From NCBI GenBank assembly GCA_021513715.1, contig CP084167.1:1344001-1408000 (forward strand): DNA of 64,000 bases. The letters run 5' to 3'. This DNA is from Candidatus Heimdallarchaeum endolithica (GTDB taxonomy: Archaea; Asgardarchaeota; Heimdallarchaeia; Heimdallarchaeales; Heimdallarchaeaceae). Positions 60,125 to 64,000 of the stretch are shown here, one piece after another. The notes beneath the pieces were generated by a model. That model did no database searches and had not been told where the DNA came from. It saw nothing but the letters and a program-made list of their open reading frames with translations. Numbering within the stretch: position 1 is the stretch's first letter; each line of letters starts with the position of its first letter. A program made the translations under genes and the position numbers.

Positions 60125-63100
60125 TTAAAATTGTTTTCTTCTTAAAACATAAACCAAAGCCAATAGACTCATAAGTCCAACAAATATTGATGGATAAGGT
60201 GTACTTGATGTTTCAGTATCTGTATGTTCAGGAGCAGCAGTCTTATACAGTACATAATCAGCATCTAACACGTTACCAAAATCATCTACTGCATATACAT
60301 GAATAATATTCTTTTCTAGCGTTAGATGATAAGGATATATTCTAAATGAAGCAGATTTTGCTCCAATTGAGAGTTGCACTTCTTCTCCATTTAATGTTAC
60401 TGAGTAGTTATGTGCTGAACTTAACTCATCCTTGATTGTAAAGTCCATATAAGTCCCAGTCATTGCAGAACCATTTGTCCATCCTCCACTGCCAATAAGT
60501 ATTGGAGGAGTACTGTCTCTGATAAATAGACCTAGATATTTGTCATCAGAGGTTAATATTGTAAAGATGTATTTTCCATCTTTGTCTAGTGTCATTGAAT
60601 AGGTATATTTTCCAGTTCCTGCACTTGTTAGACTAACTTCTGTCATTGTTTCTGTGCCATTTGCGTCAACATAGATTAATGAAGCACTTAATGATGTTGA
60701 AGAAGGTACTGCTGTTATATCAAAATCAACTTTATTATCAGATCTTGTTGTATGAACTACAACTTTATTATCTGCAAGTAACCAATGGATGAGATTGTCT
60801 GCAAAAATAGCGTTTGTAGTTCCATCATTATAGTTTTCAACAAAACCTTCTGTGTCTATAAAGAAGTTAGTTGTACAAACAACAACTCGTCCTCCATTCT
60901 CATTTTCAAATGCTGCAGCTGTTGCTTCACCTTCAAATTCTAATAATTCAACAGCAGTTCCTGTAGTTGTCAATGAAGTTCCATAATGATCTACTTTTGT
61001 TACATTTTCAGTAATTCTGTGAAGATTCCTTACATATGAAATTAAAGGTTCTTCAAAACTGTAATAACCTGTATCTACTTGAATGTCGTAAGGCTCAATA
61101 AGTTTGTTTACAACTGAAACATTGTTTCCAATAACTAAACTATAATCAGGATCTTTTGTGGCTCCTAAAAGATCAATGAATAATGAACCTCCATTTTCTA
61201 CATAATCCTGAATAGCTGTAATCTCATCAGCTGTTAGTGCTCCATATGTTTCTGCTTTAGTAGATGGAAAATTAGGATACATAATATTAAATGGATCAGC
61301 GAACCAAAGAGCATCATAATCAGCTAACAATTCTGAAGTTATTTCTCCTTTAGTTACTTCACTAACTGCTATTCCCTTGCTGTTTAGATCTTCAATAAAG
61401 TAAATGTATTGACCTAGTAAGTGATCTGTTCCCCAGTTTGTATGCATCTTTGCGAGTAAAATTCTCTTTTCTCCGGGTATAACTTTTACTTTAATTATTG
61501 TTTCTGCTGTAACTCCTTTAGCTGTTTCAAAAGTTATTTTTCCTTCGTAATCGCCTACAGCAGCGTTTTGAGGAACATCAAAAACAAGTTCATAATTCTT
61601 GTCCCACGGATCAGTTGCAGGAGTAGTGTTTAATGTTGCTATTTGGGTAATTGTACCAGATAAGACTGGAGCCTTATCTTCCCAAGGAGTGGAAGATACA
61701 GATTTAACATAAATAGAAGCTTGGAATCCTTGATTCATCTGTTGATAAAATGGCACGTCAATTTCTGGAATGGCCCACAAAAGTACTGGAAAATCACTAT
61801 CATTTTTTGGAGCTGCTTCTATTATATCTAATGCTTTTCCTAGATCAGGAACCCCTGCACCAAATTTTAAGTAGTCTAATCCTTGATCATCTGCTGAAAG
61901 CATCATTGCAGTTTTTACCATTCCTGCATCATAAGCAATTCCTTCCCCTTTTAAAGCATCGATAAGAACAGCAGCTGCACCAGTAATTGCAGGAGTTGCC
62001 ATTGATGTCCCTTGCATGGAAACATAGGCAGTAGAACTTGCAATACCACAACTCATAATACCCATACCAGGAGCAGCCAAATCAGGTTTAACATATCCGT
62101 CAGCAGTAGGACCTACAGAACTGAAATAAGCTTGTCCTTGCCCTGTTTGCTTAGTTGCAGCAACAGAAATACTTTGAGCTTCAGCTCCAGGAGACTCTAC
62201 TGTGTAGTAGTTTGTTCCACTGTTTCCTGCGGCAACAGCTACAAGAATATTGTTAAAGTAAAGCTCTCTAATCATTGCTTCTTCAACATCTTGTCCTTCA
62301 GTATCTGGTCCACCCCAACTAAGGTTTATAACATTAATATCAGTTCCATTTTCCTTTAATTCTAAAGCATATTCAAAAGCAGCAATAAAAGCTTCAGGTG
62401 GAGCAGGACTACCTAAACGCCCAACAAGTATCTTTGCTTCAGGAGCCATTCCGATGTAGGCTGGATTTGCTATACCTGCACCAGCCATAATTCCTGCTGT
62501 GTGAGTACCATGTCCGTCTTCATCTTCTATACTAGGATCATTAATATCGTATCCGTTCTCTTTGGTAATGAAAGATTTACTTTCTCCCATTATTCTCCCC
62601 TGAAAATCTACATGGTTAATATTAATTCCAGAATCGATATCATAGGCTATAATACTATCTCCTTCGTATCCTAAGTCCCATAAGAAACTAACATTTAAAA
62701 TGTCTGCAGTTTGTTGAGTAAATTTAATTTTTTCAGCATTGGACACAAGATAGACTGGATTTTCAGGTGGTTTAATTTGTGTATATCTAGTATTAGTTAC
62801 ATCAAAAACGTTTATTACGCCGTCAATTGATTTCAAGTTTTCCTTTTCACTTAGCATATCTTCAACAATCACCATTTTCAGATGAGGATAGACTCGTTTT
62901 ACATTATATTGAAAAACAAAATTCTCCAAAGCTCTATGATTTGAGAAGTGAATAACATATTTTCTCAAAGAATCTATAAATGGTTGTTGAATTTCAATTT
63001 TTCTAGGTTCAATTGACATTTCAGAACTTTTTTGTTCTGTATTTGCATGAAGAATTGAACCAGATTGAACTAAAATAAGCAATATTGTTATTGTACTGAA

Positions 63101-63166
63101 CACATAAATTATCTTTTTGTGGTTCATGATACAAACTTTTTTGGAATATTCATAAAGTTTACTCAA
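60125..63166 (-). CDS. S8 subtilase with GIFT-like domain and C-terminal membrane anchor (Site-1-protease-like)
   Basis: Catalytic triad in DSG, HGTHTAG and GTSMAT, plus NLSWGGPD. KVKVIP..KRIL begins a GIFT-like region. TPYP-TM-RRK tail. Likely start at 63127. Confidence 0.88.
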   Translation of the reverse strand: MSKLYEYSKKVCIMNHKKIIYVFSTITILLILVQSGSILHANTEQKSSEMSIEPRKIEIQQPFIDSLRKYVIHFSNHRALENFVFQYNVKRVYPHLKMVIVEDMLSEKENLKSIDGVINVFDVTNTRYTQIKPPENPVYLVSNAEKIKFTQQTADILNVSFLWDLGYEGDSIIAYDIDSGININHVDFQGRIMGESKSFITKENGYDINDPSIEDEDGHGTHTAGIMAGAGIANPAYIGMAPEAKILVGRLGSPAPPEAFIAAFEYALELKENGTDINVINLSWGGPDTEGQDVEEAMIRELYFNNILVAVAAGNSGTNYYTVESPGAEAQSISVAATKQTGQGQAYFSSVGPTADGYVKPDLAAPGMGIMSCGIASSTAYVSMQGTSMATPAITGAAAVLIDALKGEGIAYDAGMVKTAMMLSADDQGLDYLKFGAGVPDLGKALDIIEAAPKNDSDFPVLLWAIPEIDVPFYQQMNQGFQASIYVKSVSSTPWEDKAPVLSGTITQIATLNTTPATDPWDKNYELVFDVPQNAAVGDYEGKITFETAKGVTAETIIKVKVIPGEKRILLAKMHTNWGTDHLLGQYIYFIEDLNSKGIAVSEVTKGEITSELLADYDALWFADPFNIMYPNFPSTKAETYGALTADEITAIQDYVENGGSLFIDLLGATKDPDYSLVIGNNVSVVNKLIEPYDIQVDTGYYSFEEPLISYVRNLHRITENVTKVDHYGTSLTTTGTAVELLEFEGEATAAAFENENGGRVVVCTTNFFIDTEGFVENYNDGTTNAIFADNLIHWLLADNKVVVHTTRSDNKVDFDITAVPSSTSLSASLIYVDANGTETMTEVSLTSAGTGKYTYSMTLDKDGKYIFTILTSDDKYLGLFIRDSTPPILIGSGGWTNGSAMTGTYMDFTIKDELSSAHNYSVTLNGEEVQLSIGAKSASFRIYPYHLTLEKNIIHVYAVDDFGNVLDADYVLYKTAAPEHTDTETSSTPYPSIFVGLMSLLALVYVLRRKQF

Positions 63167-63344
63167 AAAAGTGCTTTTAATTATCTAAATAAATTGCTAA
63201 GTAAATATCTATTGATAAAAAAGTCGTACCAAAATTTTAAAAAATACCATTAAAACCTACATATTAGCATCTAGTAACTATTGTATCTATTATTTAAGAA
63301 TTTAACTATTAAATTAACAATAAGAATTTAACAGAAGTGGAAAA

Positions 63345-64000
63345 ATGAGTGAAAAAATAGGAATCGTTGCTTATGGAGTATATATTCCAAGAAATAGGAT
63401 TACTGTCGATGAGATCGCCAGTGTATGGGGAGAAGATGCAAACGAAATAAAAATGCAATTACAAGTTTTTGAAAAATCAGTTCCTTTCCCAGATGAAGAC
63501 GTAGCAACCATGGCTGTTGAGGCAGCTCGTAATGCAATAAAACAATGGAGAGGAGAATCAGAAAAAATAGGTGCAATATATGTTGGAAGTGAATCCCATC
63601 CATATGCAGTTAAGCCAACAGCAACAATTGTAGCTGCTGCTATAGGGGCAGAAGGACAAACAACTGCAGCGGATCTAGAATTTGCATGTAAAGCAGGAAC
63701 TGCAGGAATGCAAATGTGTTTTGGATTAATGCAATCAAACATGATTAAAGTTGGTCTAGCTATAGGTTCTGATAGTAGTCAAGCTAAACCAAAAGACCCG
63801 TTAGAATACACTGCTGGAGCAGGAAGTGCCGCATTCTTAATTGGTAAGCAGAATGTGATTGCAGAACTTGAGGGGATGTATTCCTATACTTCTGACACTC
63901 CAGACTTTTGGAGAAGAGAAGGAGCAACTTTTCCATCCCATGGGCAAAGGTTTACTGGTATGCCTGCATATTTTGATCACATTATCAAAGCAACAAAGGG
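63345..64000 (+). CDS. Archaeal HMG-CoA synthase (runs off the window; not in ORF track)
   Basis: [52 protein letters not shown] and DTPDFWRR. Confidence 0.93.
   Translation, partial: MSEKIGIVAYGVYIPRNRITVDEIASVWGEDANEIKMQLQVFEKSVPFPDEDVATMAVEAARNAIKQWRGESEKIGAIYVGSESHPYAVKPTATIVAAAIGAEGQTTAADLEFACKAGTAGMQMCFGLMQSNMIKVGLAIGSDSSQAKPKDPLEYTAGAGSAAFLIGKQNVIAELEGMYSYTSDTPDFWRREGATFPSHGQRFTGMPAYFDHIIKATK

Noticed and set aside
63371-63742. Minus-strand ORFs in the track
   Set aside because: Antisense shadows of HMG-CoA synthase.

Overview
AT-rich archaeal chromosomal segment. Its gene content points to an Asgard archaeon, most likely Heimdallarchaeia (inferred from content, not from a search). 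Eukaryote-like candidates include a profilin, three Arf/Sar1-like GTPases fused to longin-like domains, two MglA-like GTPases, a DENN/gelsolin-like protein, an SLC44/CTL-like transporter, an IFT52/GIFT-like protein and a Site-1-protease-like subtilase. Housekeeping genes include ATP-dependent DNA ligase, trxB, hypA/hypB, mobB, a short thiI, pssA/psd and HMG-CoA synthase. Mobile DNA comprises a decayed IS481 (16-bp target duplication), a decayed IS6 (10-bp duplication) and two copies of a 110-bp MITE (one cut by the window start). There is also a 377-bp, highly structured non-coding element bounded by CATA, with no inverted repeats. A partial second copy of it has destroyed a pcp gene, and it may be an RNA-only mobile element of IS110 bridge-RNA type. 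The best candidate new systems are (1) this element, (2) an Arf-longin / pseudo-Arf-longin / DENN-gelsolin operon, (3) an S1P-like protease head-to-head with HMG-CoA synthase and next to pssA/psd, and (4) an MglA-like GTPase plus actin-like ATPase pair. No rRNA, tRNA or CRISPR array was recognised. All protein assignments come from motif recognition by eye.
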